A model generated the notes under the pieces. The model was not told the origin of the DNA, ran no database searches, and saw nothing but the letters and a program-made list of their open reading frames with translations. Of a stretch of DNA of 64,000 nucleotides, positions 23,421-34,660 are shown in pieces; the stretch's first letter is position 1; every line of letters starts with the position of its first letter. Source of the stretch: Octopus sinensis (Eukaryota); NCBI RefSeq assembly GCF_006345805.1, contig NC_043002.1:104966001-105030000 (forward strand), given 5' to 3'. Position numbers and translations under genes: made by a program.

Positions 23421-25286
23421 CTATGTTTGACTTTTGCTTTATATTTGTACAAGTTGGCTCCAAGTCTCACCCAGAGACCTCAAGAGACAACAGGGTTGGA
23501 AGTTCATGTTGTTGTTATGCCTAGTGTGCCATATATTTGGGGGGCGGGGTGTTGTACTAATGAATATCTAAAAAAAAATTTTTTTTTTTTTTAAAACCGA
23601 AAATTATGTTTGTTTTAAACCTTGAGATTACATAGAAAGTATTTTGCGTAGGATATGAGCAGTTCCCATGAGCACTATCTTTTGAATTTCTGCCATTTTT
23701 GGGTTTCCTGGTATCTGAGTTAGGTAGCTATCTGCCCCTTTTGCTATCATTCCCAGGGCACCTATGACAACAGGTATTGTTTTAGTCTTCAGCTTCCACA
23801 TTTTGCTGATTTCTATTTCAAGATCTTTATATTTGCTCAGTTTTTGGTAGGTCTTGACAGATACGTTTATATCGATTGGGACAGTCATATCAATGAGGAG
23901 GCATGTTCTTTGTTTGAAGTCTTTCAATATGATGTCTGGCCTATTTGCATCTATCTTTCTGTCAGTTTGAATGGCGAAGTTCCAGAGGAGTGAGATGTGG
24001 TCATTTTCAAGCACTGGAGGTGTTTTGTGTTCCCACCAGTTTTTTTCATGGGGCAAATCCAGGTTTTTACAGATTACCCAGTGAATATATTGTGCAGCTC
24101 TATCGTGCCTGTTGAGATACTCTGTAGGCGCTAGAAGACTGAACTTGGAGACCACATGGTCAATGGTTTCATTTTGTTGCTTGCATACACGACACGTTGG
24201 ACTGCTTCTGATCTTTAATATGTTGGCCTGGTAGTTTCTTGTTGGTAGGCATTGATGTTGAGCTGCTATGATAAACCCCTCTGTTTCAGATTTTAAGCCA
24301 GAGGCCATTAGCCATTGATGGGTCATGGCTTTGTCAACATCTGCATTATTTGCTCTCTTTGGGTATTTTCCATAGAGAGGTTTTTCTTGCCATTTATCAT
24401 TCAGAATATCTAAGGCCTCAGATTTAGCACGGGTTTTCATGCGCTTAGCTTTTTCTGTGCGTGTTTCTTGTATGTCTATCTCTAATTCCGAAATTTGTTG
24501 TATTCGGAATTCACTTAGATATTCCTTTGCCTGTTTTGTTACTGAGTATGATGCTTTCTTGTTTTCATGTTTTGAGACAAGTTTTAACATCCATTCCTCA
24601 GAGTTTTTCAGGTAGGTGTCTAGGCCAATTGTAGCAATCTTCATTGTTATTGCCAGTTGTAAAACTCCACGGCCTCCCTCTTTTCTTGGCAGATAAAGTC
24701 GTTCTGTATCTGCCTTAGGGTGGTGCATTCTATGCATTGTCAACAGTTTTCGTATTTTTCTGTCAAGATTACATATTTCAGTAATTGACCAGTTAACGAT
24801 ACTGAAACTGTAAGTCACGACTGGTATGGCTAATGCATTGATCGATTCGATCCTGTTTCTCGCATTCAGCTCTGTCTTGAGTATTGCTCTTACTCTGCGA
24901 TAGCATTCTCTCCTGATCCTTTCCTTCATCTCTGAATGCCTTATTCCTTCTCCTTCAATTACCCCTAGATACTTGTAGTTCTCTGCTGGGTCTAATTCTT
25001 TTATGACATTCTGCTGGTCAAGGTTAACGTTAGATGTTTCTGTCATTTTTCCTTTGATAACGGTAGCTTTTGCGCATTTATCGAGGCCAAATTGCATTCT
25101 GATGTCATCACTGAATTGTTTGACAATCGCTAGTAAGCCCTTGAGTTGTTGGTCATTTTTTGCAAAGAGCTTTAAATCATCCATGTAAATGAGATGATTT
25201 ATATATTTTTTTTTTTTCAAACATTTTATATCCGTACTTGTAAATGAGATGATTTATATTTTTATCAAACATTTTATATCCGTACT
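23421..25286 (-). mobile_element. R4/Dong-like element 3 (family Y), 5'-truncated, young
   Basis: High identity to element 2 including the 3' UTR. (TAA)n tracts on both sides (23290-23420 and 25288-25458). Confidence 0.92.
23628..25220 (-). CDS. Uninterrupted C-terminal half of the retrotransposon ORF (RT domains 5-7, thumb, CCHC, RLE)
   Basis: YMDDLKLFAK, YKYLG, CRVCKQQNETIDHVVSKF (last Cys changed to Phe), RHD, ANRPDI, IDMTVP, KYKDL. No stops over about 520 codons. Confidence 0.85.
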   Translation of the reverse strand: MKKKKYINHLIYMDDLKLFAKNDQQLKGLLAIVKQFSDDIRMQFGLDKCAKATVIKGKMTETSNVNLDQQNVIKELDPAENYKYLGVIEGEGIRHSEMKERIRRECYRRVRAILKTELNARNRIESINALAIPVVTYSFSIVNWSITEICNLDRKIRKLLTMHRMHHPKADTERLYLPRKEGGRGVLQLAITMKIATIGLDTYLKNSEEWMLKLVSKHENKKASYSVTKQAKEYLSEFRIQQISELEIDIQETRTEKAKRMKTRAKSEALDILNDKWQEKPLYGKYPKRANNADVDKAMTHQWLMASGLKSETEGFIIAAQHQCLPTRNYQANILKIRSSPTCRVCKQQNETIDHVVSKFSLLAPTEYLNRHDRAAQYIHWVICKNLDLPHEKNWWEHKTPPVLENDHISLLWNFAIQTDRKIDANRPDIILKDFKQRTCLLIDMTVPIDINVSVKTYQKLSKYKDLEIEISKMWKLKTKTIPVVIGALGMIAKGADSYLTQIPGNPKMAEIQKIVLMGTAHILRKILSM

Positions 25287-25317
<31 letters not shown>

Positions 25318-25346
25318 TATTATTACTATTATTATTATTATTACTA

Positions 25347-25377
<31 letters not shown>

Positions 25378-25425
25378 TATTATTACTATTATTATTATTA
25401 TTACTATTATTAATATTATTATTAC

Positions 25426-25458
<33 letters not shown>

Positions 25459-25779
25459 TGGGGTCAACATGTGTGCGACATGCTGATTTCATGTTAGTAT
25501 AACCAGGACATCACCTTGCAGGTTAGAATTTTCTTCTGGTTGACTGGATCATCCCCATCAAAAGCTCCTTGAAGAAGACAACACATTTATATGATAACAC
25601 GTCTAATCAGTTAAGAAGCCATGAATTAAGAGTCAGTGCCTGGTATTGCATCAGAACATTTTCGTCTTTCTTTCTTTCTTCTTCTTCATTTTCATCCTTT
25701 CATTATTATTATTATCATTATTATTATCATATCCTTCTAATCATCATCATTATCATCATCGTTACTATTATTATTATCA

Positions 25780-25811
<32 letters not shown>

Positions 25812-25812
25812 G

Positions 25813-25857
<45 letters not shown>

Positions 25858-26654
25858 TTCAGCAGTCTTATTTTATCACTTGCTTTCACTTCACTACCGA
25901 GCGCAGCTCTGTGTGCCTTGGGTATGTGCTGAGATCTGTTGTGATGCTCTGATGGTTACCGTATTGAAAGTGTTTTGCGTAGGATGTGTGCAGTGCCCAG
26001 TAGTGCAATTTTTTTTAGATTCCACCTTCGAGTTACCTCTATTTCCAGGTCTTTGTATTTTGAAAGTTTCTCTATTTCTTTTAGAGAACCGTTGTCATCT
26101 CTTGGTATTGATACATCGATTAGAAAACATTTTATCTTCATGGTCAATGACAACTCTATCCGGCCGTTAGCCTTATTTTCTCTATCTGTGTGTATTGGCA
26201 TATTCCATAGTATTGTTGCTTTCTCCTTTTCTGTGACCTTTTCTGGCGTGTGCCTAGAGCATCTTTTTTGCTGTTTTCATTCCATGGTTTTGGCATAGCT
26301 TCCAGTGTGTGTGTAGGTCCAAACTCTGTCGTGTCTAGGAATATATTCCTTCTTCATCAGGCCTGGGTAGCCAGAGACAATATGATTTATTGTTCCTTGT
26401 CCCTCGCCACATATCCTGCTTTTACTTATGTTTTTTTCATTATATATATATAAAGGGAAAGTTTACGAAAATAAACAGAAGACGAAGGCAGGTGGTGTAC
26501 AAACAAACAAATGTATTAGTATAGCGCTCAGGAATAGAAAAAGTCTTTTACGTTTCGAGTCTACGCTCTTCCACAGAAAGATACACAGAAAAACACAAGG
26601 AGAGAAAAAAATGCGTGTAGTAGCTAACGATCTATCATGGCGTCTGACTTCCGA

Positions 26655-26691
<37 letters not shown>

Positions 26692-26830
26692 AATTTCTGG
26701 AGTGGAGGCTTTGGTCTCCTGCTGCAATTAAAAATCCTTCAGTCTCTACTTTGATTCCTGAGGTTTTCAGACATTGTTCGGATTTTGCTTTATCTATTTC
26801 TTTTGTGTTTAGTTTATCCTAGTATATTAT
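25858..26830 (-). mobile_element. R4/Dong-like element 4 (family X) 3' fragment, interrupted by a roughly 250-bp insertion at about 26430-26690
   Basis: 3' UTR matches 14960-15060 (gctttcacttcactaccgagcgcagctctgtgtgccttgggtatgtgctg). The RLE remnant continues into the ETEGFLIAAGDQSL region at 26690-26830. (TAA/TAG)n tail at 25700-25857. Confidence 0.85.
26445..26660 (-). mobile_element. Short PLE-terminal-repeat-like element with a hammerhead-like motif
   Basis: Minus strand TCTTT-CTGTGGAA-GAG-CGTAGA-CTC-GAAA-CGT-A-AAAGA (26581 to 26544). A homologous degraded copy lies at 57375-57510. Confidence 0.5.
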
Positions 26831-26869
26831 TATTCTTATTGTTGTTGTTATTGCTGTTGCGTGTGTGAG

Positions 26870-27040
26870 AGAGTAGTTCATGCCATCAAAGTGATACTGA
26901 GGTAAAATATACGAAGCCGAGTGTACCCAACATAACTACTCGGATGATAAGGGTAGACCAGGCGCATGCATCACAACCCATGTTTCCAGGGGTGAATTGC
27001 TCAAGCCCAAAACAGTTCCTCTCAACACATAGCTATGATC
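26870..27040 (+). repeat. Fragment of a dispersed repeat (related pieces at 25460-25600 and 40170-40235)
   Basis: catgccatcaaagtga.act..gt.aaatatacgaagcc is shared with 40170-40235. Family not determined. Confidence 0.5.
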
Positions 27041-27076
27041 TTATTATTATTATTATTACTATTATTATTATTATTA

Positions 27077-27115
<39 letters not shown>

Positions 27116-27154
27116 CATTATTATTATTATTATTATTATCATTATTATTATTAA

Positions 27155-27189
<35 letters not shown>

Positions 27190-27234
27190 CCACAACCACC
27201 ATCATCATCATCACCATCATCTAAACAGTGAGAT

Positions 27235-27395
27235 TGCAGAGCTGTTAACACGCCAGTGAAATGCTTATCTGTATTTCGTCCGTCTTTATATTCTGGTCCC
27301 GGATTTTCCCCACATTTGATTGGGCATTTCACCATCTTGGTATCGATAATATAAATATTAGTTAATCACTGGGGTCGATACAATCGATATAAACC
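27235..27395 (+). mobile_element. tRNA-derived SINE, family C, divergent
   Basis: gcagagctgttaacacgccagtgaaatgcttatc.gtatttcgtc...gtcgataat...cactggggtcgatacaatcga resembles 56020-56250. Confidence 0.55.
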
Positions 27396-28239
27396 ATTTG
27401 CCGATCTTGCTGGCCTTGTGACAAATTTTAAAACCATTTTTATTAGTGTCACTACGTTATTTACACATGTCGACACTTCATTATTTACCATAAATTGATA
27501 AGATGCATCGTTATTAGATTTACCTATGTAGAGACATTTATTATGCAAAAGCTGTTCCGTTTGGTGTAGCACAACTTCGCTGCTTTCACTTTTACGAAAA
27601 CATCTGAGAATAATTTCCGTTTTTTCCTCCAACGCTCGTGGCGATTTAATAATTGCTGGTAGTCAGGGGGAGCAGTATTTCATTGGGAAACCATAATATA
27701 TTTCCAAGTACATTAAATGTTTACAATTCAATGCTGTATCTTAGTTTGTGTTAGCAGTGCGATGCTGTCATTTCTAAGTTGATCTTTACAAATATTTTGA
27801 AAGTTATGTTGTTTCATATAGGAATAGATCGTCGCTGCCTTCGCTCCTGGCTCTGAATTCTGAAGAAACTCTGAAAGCCTCTATTTGAAACCTTTTTATA
27901 AGCTCTGAGATTAAGCTTATGTGCAGATAGAATTTATTTTTCATTTTCTAAAATCTTTTATTCTTCTAATCTTGGGAGATTTTAAACGATATTTACTGAC
28001 ATGCTTACTACACATGCACGTGTGTGTGTCCACATATATGTATATGTGCGTGTGTGTGTGCGCGTATTTGTTTGTATTCCGTGTTTGTAGGTGTTCGTGT
28101 GTATGTGCTTGCGTGGTGAGTGCATGCGTGTGTGTGTAACTTGTGTATGTGCATGTGTCTGTGCATATATATTTGCATACATATGCTTATAAACATGCGT
28201 ATACACGCCCGTACATACAGGTAGATAGTTAGAAATATA

Positions 28240-29516
28240 TCAGGTCATCCCATAAGTTCAGTGCGATTTTACCTTTTTTAAAATTGAATGAAATTTAATT
28301 GTATTTTAGAATATCTAATGGAATTAAAAATTATTTTTAGGCATTTGTGTACATTTAAGCTAGTTAAATACTATTTTACAGAATAATAGAATTAAAATTT
28401 CTCTGATTAGTACCCTTTATAACAGGGAAGTATCGAAAGAGCATTTGCGACACATAATGCTTTATGAGTGCAAAAAAGGAAACTCTTCAGCCGAAGCAAC
28501 TCGAAACATACACTCAGTTTATGGTCAAGAGTGCTTGAATGAAAGAACTTGCAGAAGATGGTTTGCAAAATTCAGAAGTGGAGATTTTAGCCTTGATGAT
28601 GAAGATCGAACAGGACGTCCAGTTGAGTTTGATAAGCTCCTTGAGACATTACTTGAATAAAATCCTGCATCATCAGTTGAAGAATTGGCAATAAAGCTTA
28701 GTTCAAACCATACAACTGTTCATCGTCATCTTCAACACCTTGGAAAGGTTCCTAAATTTGGAAAATGGGTGTCTCATGAATTGTCCGGAAGCAACCGCAA
28801 ATACCGAGTTGACCTCTGCTCCTCTCTCCTTTCTCCTGAACTCATTTCACCCATTTTTGAATACACTTGTGCCTGGTGACGAAAAATGAATTTTCTATCG
28901 AAATGTTAAACGCCGTAAACAGTGGCTTGGTAAAAGGGAAAAAGCTCAACCACAACCGAGAAGGGAACTTCATGGGAAAAAGGTTCTTCTCTCTATCGTG
29001 TGGGATTGCAAAGGAGTAATTCACTTTCAGTATTACCACCGAATGCAACAATCAATGCTCCAGCCAATTGTTAGTAATCAGAGCGTTTGAACCAAGATTT
29101 AAAGAAAAGAAGACCCGCTTTATTGAATCGAAAAAGGGGTAATGTTTCATCAGGACAATGCCCAACCCCACATTGCAAAGATCACATCACAAAAGAGCTT
29201 GGTTGGGAAAAATTCTTCATCCACCTTATTCACCCGACCTTGCTCCTTCAGACTACCATTTGTTTCGTAGTTTACAGAATCATTTGGGGACATAACTTTG
29301 GCAAGTCAGGTGGATGTCGAAACTGGCATTTCAGAGTTCTTCGCTTTGAAACCAAAAGAGTTTTACACTGACGGGATTAAAAAGCTTGTAAATAGATGGA
29401 AGGAAGTCATAGATAATCAGGAAAAGTACATTGATGATTAAATTTCAATTAAATATGACATTTGATCACTTGTTGTCATTATTGAAAATTCGGACAGAAC
29501 ATATGGGATGGCCTGA
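28240..29516 (+). mobile_element. Full-length (1277 bp) mariner (DD34D-type) transposon with decayed transposase
   Basis: TA|tcaggtcatcccataagttc ... gaacatatgggatggcctga|TA (TIRs and TA TSD). Motifs RHIMLYE, RRWFAKFRSGDFSL.D..R.GRP, WVSHEL, GDEK*IFY, PPYSPDLAPSDYHLFRSLQ. Stops and frameshifts present. Confidence 0.92.
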
Positions 29517-31327
29517 TAGATAGATAAATAGAAAGGGAGACAGACAGATATATAGACAGACAGGCAGTAGACTAGCAGACAGGCAATAGACTAACAGATT
29601 AAAAGACAGACTGACAAACTGACAGACAGATATTTGGTTTGTTTTTAATAGTTTTTAACCGCATAACGCAATATAAAAACCACATTAGTGCACGAATGCA
29701 AGAACCGTTTCGACGAAATCCAGATTGTCGTGAGTACCGCCTCCCTCACCGTTCTGCTGAGGAAAATCACCGAAAGGATTTGAAGGTTGCAGCAATCAGA
29801 GATAGTTCTTCCAATTTGAATAATCGCTAACGTCGTCTTTCGTTTTTCACTCTCACTGTGACCGTGTTTTGCACAAACCCGATACTTTTCCTCACACCAG
29901 TTCACATTAATGTCAAAGTAGCACCCTGTCTACCCGGCGTGTTTCCTCGGCGTGTCTTCCGTAGTTAACAAGTTTGTGAAAACTATCTATTTATAGCCGC
30001 AGCTTTGTTATTAATTATTTAAGAACTTCCCGGTTTTCTCCGAAGTGATTTCGGCAACTACTATGCCAAGATCATTTATACAATGAGATACTGTACAACT
30101 AGGGTCAGCTTAATTTCGAAATTCTTTAGAATATTCCACAAACATTTTGCTTTCGTCCTTTTCAAACTGCACGTACTCTTTTCAGATACCTTTCCATTCC
30201 TGCTCCCCAATACCGTCAGACTTTATAATGTTCTGTATTGCTTCATGAATCGTTCTTCTCGCGCCGCCATTTTCTATAGTTTTTCCTTGGTTTTCAAACC
30301 AGTTTGTTTTATCTTCGCCACAACATTTATAAATTTCTTCGTCCACTGCTTTGTATTTCTCTTCTTTTCATTTATCTACAGCATCTCATGTCTCCGGCGA
30401 TATCTACTGATCGAACGATCTTTTCTGTTTCATCTTTTCTCTATCTGTCTGTCTCAGTTCTATTGTCTTTGATTATGCATCAATATTGATCTACATATGT
30501 TTTTCCATTTAATGCAGCATGTCAGTTCTTGATCAGAGCAGATATCATTCTCTTATGTCATTTTATTTAAGTTTGCGAATATCAAAAGGATTTCAGCTTT
30601 TCTTTCTTCTCTTTTTTCGTATTTTCTTTTAAAGTTTTTCTTTAATTTCTATATTGCAAACTGACTTCGCCATGTATCGATCGGAAACAATGTCTGATCC
30701 TTTGAACATACGTAAATCTCGATCAAATTTTACCATCACATACTGATAGAGATGGAATAACTAACATTTTCAGAGCTACATCTTGGTGATGTCCACATTC
30801 CTTTATGTACCAACTTATGATCAAAGAACATTTTGGTTACAATCATTATAACTTCTATGGATACCAAGGAATCTTGATCTGTTGTTTGTTAAAGAATTAT
30901 CGTTCATCTATGACATCCTAACTGAAATAACAATCAAGGCACCTATAAGGATTAAGATAATAAGTTTGGCAATTCTATCTAATGTGATATTTATCTAGAA
31001 ATAAAAGGTATTTTTCCATTTCATCATTAGTACCATTCTATATCCAAGAAATTTGAACCACTTTTTATTTGTACAGCGATGAGTTGTTTCATGTCGATAC
31101 GGGTTTGCAATTTACTAAAAATTGTGAAACCTTCTTATCTACCACTAAGACAACATTTGATTTCTTTTTCTTTTTGTTTTTCCTTTGTGACTCACCACTA
31201 TCACCACACTGAAAGCAATTTTCGGAAGACTTTTTTAATCTGTTATCTAAACTCTACCAATTCTTCGAACTAGGCACGTGTGAATCTATATATATGTTGT
31301 ATATTATATATATATATATACATACGT

Positions 31328-31412
<85 letters not shown>

Positions 31413-31929
31413 TACATATACTTATGCATAGATATGTATGTATATATATATATATGTATAGGACGAGCAGTTTAGCTTGCTTGAAATATTGTGATACAAA
31501 TTTAAATTAGAAATAATGAAGACGGAGATCATATAAGACTCTAAAAAGGAAGTTCCGTAACCTTTATACTCAAACGCCCAGCATCAAACTTAGATGGTTT
31601 AAAACTCAGAGCCCATATACGGACAGGGACCAACTAAAATAGCAGGGTCTACATTTACGCAAATTTTTCATACCGCTCAGTTCTAGTCATGTGTTTTTGT
31701 GTCTGAAATGCATAAAGTTTACTAAACTTGCCCTCTTTGCATTGTTAGATACAATCTGCTTTCATTATTTGTTATTTTAATAACATATATGCATACACAT
31801 TTGTACACACAAATACATACATACATACATACATCCATCCATACATACATACATACATACATACATACATACATACATACATACATCCATCCATCCATAC
31901 ATACATACATACATACATACATACATACA

Positions 31930-32256
31930 TACGGTGCTGAGTTGTCAAACATTTAAACCAAATTTTCTCAAAACAACTTGTTCGACCGTTCCATAGGACT
32001 CCCCTTTGAGAAACACTGATTTAACCAGCAAAAGAAGAAATAAAAATAGACTTTTTTCTACTCAACCCCCCCCCCGATTTCCCACGGCTTTATCGATCTC
32101 ATTCTCACATGGAATCGATTTTTGTTATTCTTTTCAAGACTTATACACGCCCTGATACCGTCGGTATCTGCATGCCAAATTTGATCGCAATCAGATGGAG
32201 GATGCCCGAGATCCTGACAGACAGACAGACAGACAGAACGGATTTTATATAAGATA
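31930..32256 (+). mobile_element. Helentron/DINE-like non-autonomous element 3' portion (tentative)
   Basis: catgccaaatttgatcgcaatcagatgg...(GACA)n...ggattttatataagat resembles the conserved 3' block plus GACA microsatellite of DINE/HINE-type elements. Recognised by pattern only. Confidence 0.4.
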
Positions 32257-32416
32257 TATATGCGATGGTTTTGTTAAGAAGCGTCGATTTTTACAAGTCT
32301 AGAACTAATAATAATCGTACTTTATAAGCTTAAAGCAATTACCGCGTAATGACTAAAGAAAATAGTCTAATAAATGGGCATATAAGCCCTCAGCAGAAAA
32401 AAAAAGTAGGCTTTCC

Positions 32417-32487
32417 GTACGCGTGGGACTCGAACCCAGCCCTGTGTGTTTACGCAACGAAGTGTGCTACTGATTACACCAACACAC
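32417..32487 (-). ncRNA. tRNA-like sequence (71 nt; pseudo-tRNA or tRNA-derived repeat head) followed by T9
   Basis: TGGTGTAATCAGT A-box-like and GGTTCGAGTCC B box. D-stem GTGT/GCAC and T-stem TGGG/CCCA form; the anticodon stem does not pair. A-run at 32397-32405 is an oligo-T terminator on the minus strand. Confidence 0.5.
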
Positions 32488-33264
32488 AAACATGCTGCCT
32501 TGTGTAGGACCTATGATTAGTTCGTAGTTGTTTTTACGAGTCGTGTACATGCTTGATTCTCACTAACTTCTAGTACCAGGATCTTTTCGATCGCTCTATT
32601 CTATCACTCTATATAAACATATGTACATTTTTATCAGCAACAGGTCTGTTAAACATTTGTCTGCTTAAATCTATGGACTTCGTACATCTGGGGATGTAGA
32701 CGCACATTTGCTTTCGAAACTGTAGATAATGCGTAGCACATCCAAACTTTTACCAATGTTACGTAGCTTTAATCAAGTGTTGCGTCAGTGATCTTTCTCC
32801 ATTTCTTCATATAATTATTCAGAAAGAAATCACGGGCGCGAAGCCACACACAAATATAATGTAATAATGCAAAGGAACAGGCATACACGCAGCTAGATAT
32901 ATACGTGTGCGTATGTTCTTGCTTGTGTGTGCGTTTGTGAAATACGTAATATATCTAAAGTGATGCGAATAAGCGTAATCCGGGTGTACACGTGTAGTTT
33001 GCGCATCAGTAAATGTAAGAAAGCAACTTTGGGGAAAATAAATAAATGAAAATGAGAAATTCCAAGTTGGTAAATTGGTTTTAGGTTGTAATAAATATAC
33101 ATGTAGGATTTACATTATTTGTCGCACACCAGAGAACAGAATGGAAAGGAAAATAAACAGAGAAGATATATGGCCTCTCTATATTGAATTACATTTTGGA
33201 AAAAATGTTTATATATATCAACGGACAACTACATATATACATATATGCATACACTTATACAAAC

Positions 33265-33321
<57 letters not shown>

Positions 33322-33338
33322 CAGACATGCAGACATGC

Positions 33339-33369
<31 letters not shown>

Positions 33370-34199
33370 CATACATACATACATACATACATACATACAT
33401 ACATACATACATACATACATAGAATCACAGGCCATTATTCAAAGAAATATTCAATTCATGATATGTCCGTCTTGACCTATTTTTATTCATCAAGTGGTGC
33501 CTTGCATATATAAAACAGTTTCGCTCACATTATACGTATTTATATTGGTCAAAATGAAAAATCTGGATGCATAATGGAATTACAGAGAACATTATTAGTT
33601 GAGGCTTTACTTAAAAAGAAAGGAAGAGAAGATCAACTTACGTATAAGTTTGGCAGAGTTGCCCTATGGGGTGCAGTTTGAATAAAGCTTTGGGGGACGG
33701 GCTTCTGCCTGCTTCTGTGATATACGTAAATTGGTAAAGAAAGAGTAAAACAAGACAGGGATAGAGAGGATGGTGGAAAGCCATCGATGCTAGAGATTAT
33801 TAGCTTCAAATTTTAATATATTCCATCTGGCAAAGCAACAAACGGACTACGCATCCATCACGCCCCTCAAACCCACCAAAAACGCCACCAATGCAACTAG
33901 CGCAACCTACGTCACCCACCACCTCGACCTCTAGAATCAACAAAAGCAGTAACAATTATTTCTATTATAGGCACTATTCCTGCTATCTTGGAGACGCGGT
34001 CTAATAGATTACACCGATTCCAGTGTTTAACTGGTCCTTATTTCATTGACCCCGGAAGCATGAAAGCCGAAGACGACCACGGTAAGCCAGTCAAGCTTAA
34101 TGGCGATGCACCATGTTAAAGAATGTGAGGGAAGAAATAGTTAGAGAGAAGCAACCAGATTTAAGACAAACTTGTGTATTAATGAATAAAGTGTTAGGG

Positions 34200-34660
34200 T
34201 AATGCCGAATTGGGAAGGCCCAGGGACCAGATTTTGTTCAAGGGTACTGGATAAAGTAATTTAGTAGCTGACATGGGAGGCTGAGGGAACAACTTAAAAA
34301 TTGGCTCAATGAAGGAATAATACCAGAATGGATGAGTAGAGGGTAGACAATACTCATTATGACAGACAAATGCAAGGGAAATACAGCTAGTAATTATAGA
34401 CCAATCACTGACGTATCATTATAGTGGAAGCTTTTAACAGGAATTGCTTTCAGAAAGCATTAACGGGCACCTTGACAACGTGAATTTGCTGTCAGAAGAA
34501 GAGAACGGTTACAGGAAGAAAGCTTGGGGAACGCATGGTATATTATACAAAGAAGTTTTAAATGAAGTAAAATCTAGAAAGAAAAATTTAACAATAGCAT
34601 GGATCGATTATAAGAAAGCCTATAACATGATTTCACTCTCATGGACAAGTGAATGTTTTT
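34200..34660 (+). mobile_element. Old R4/Dong-like RT fragment
   Basis: IPEWMSRG.T.LI...NYRPIT, LLSEEENGYRK, KKNLTIAWIDYKKAYNMISLSW, with stops and frameshifts. Confidence 0.75.
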
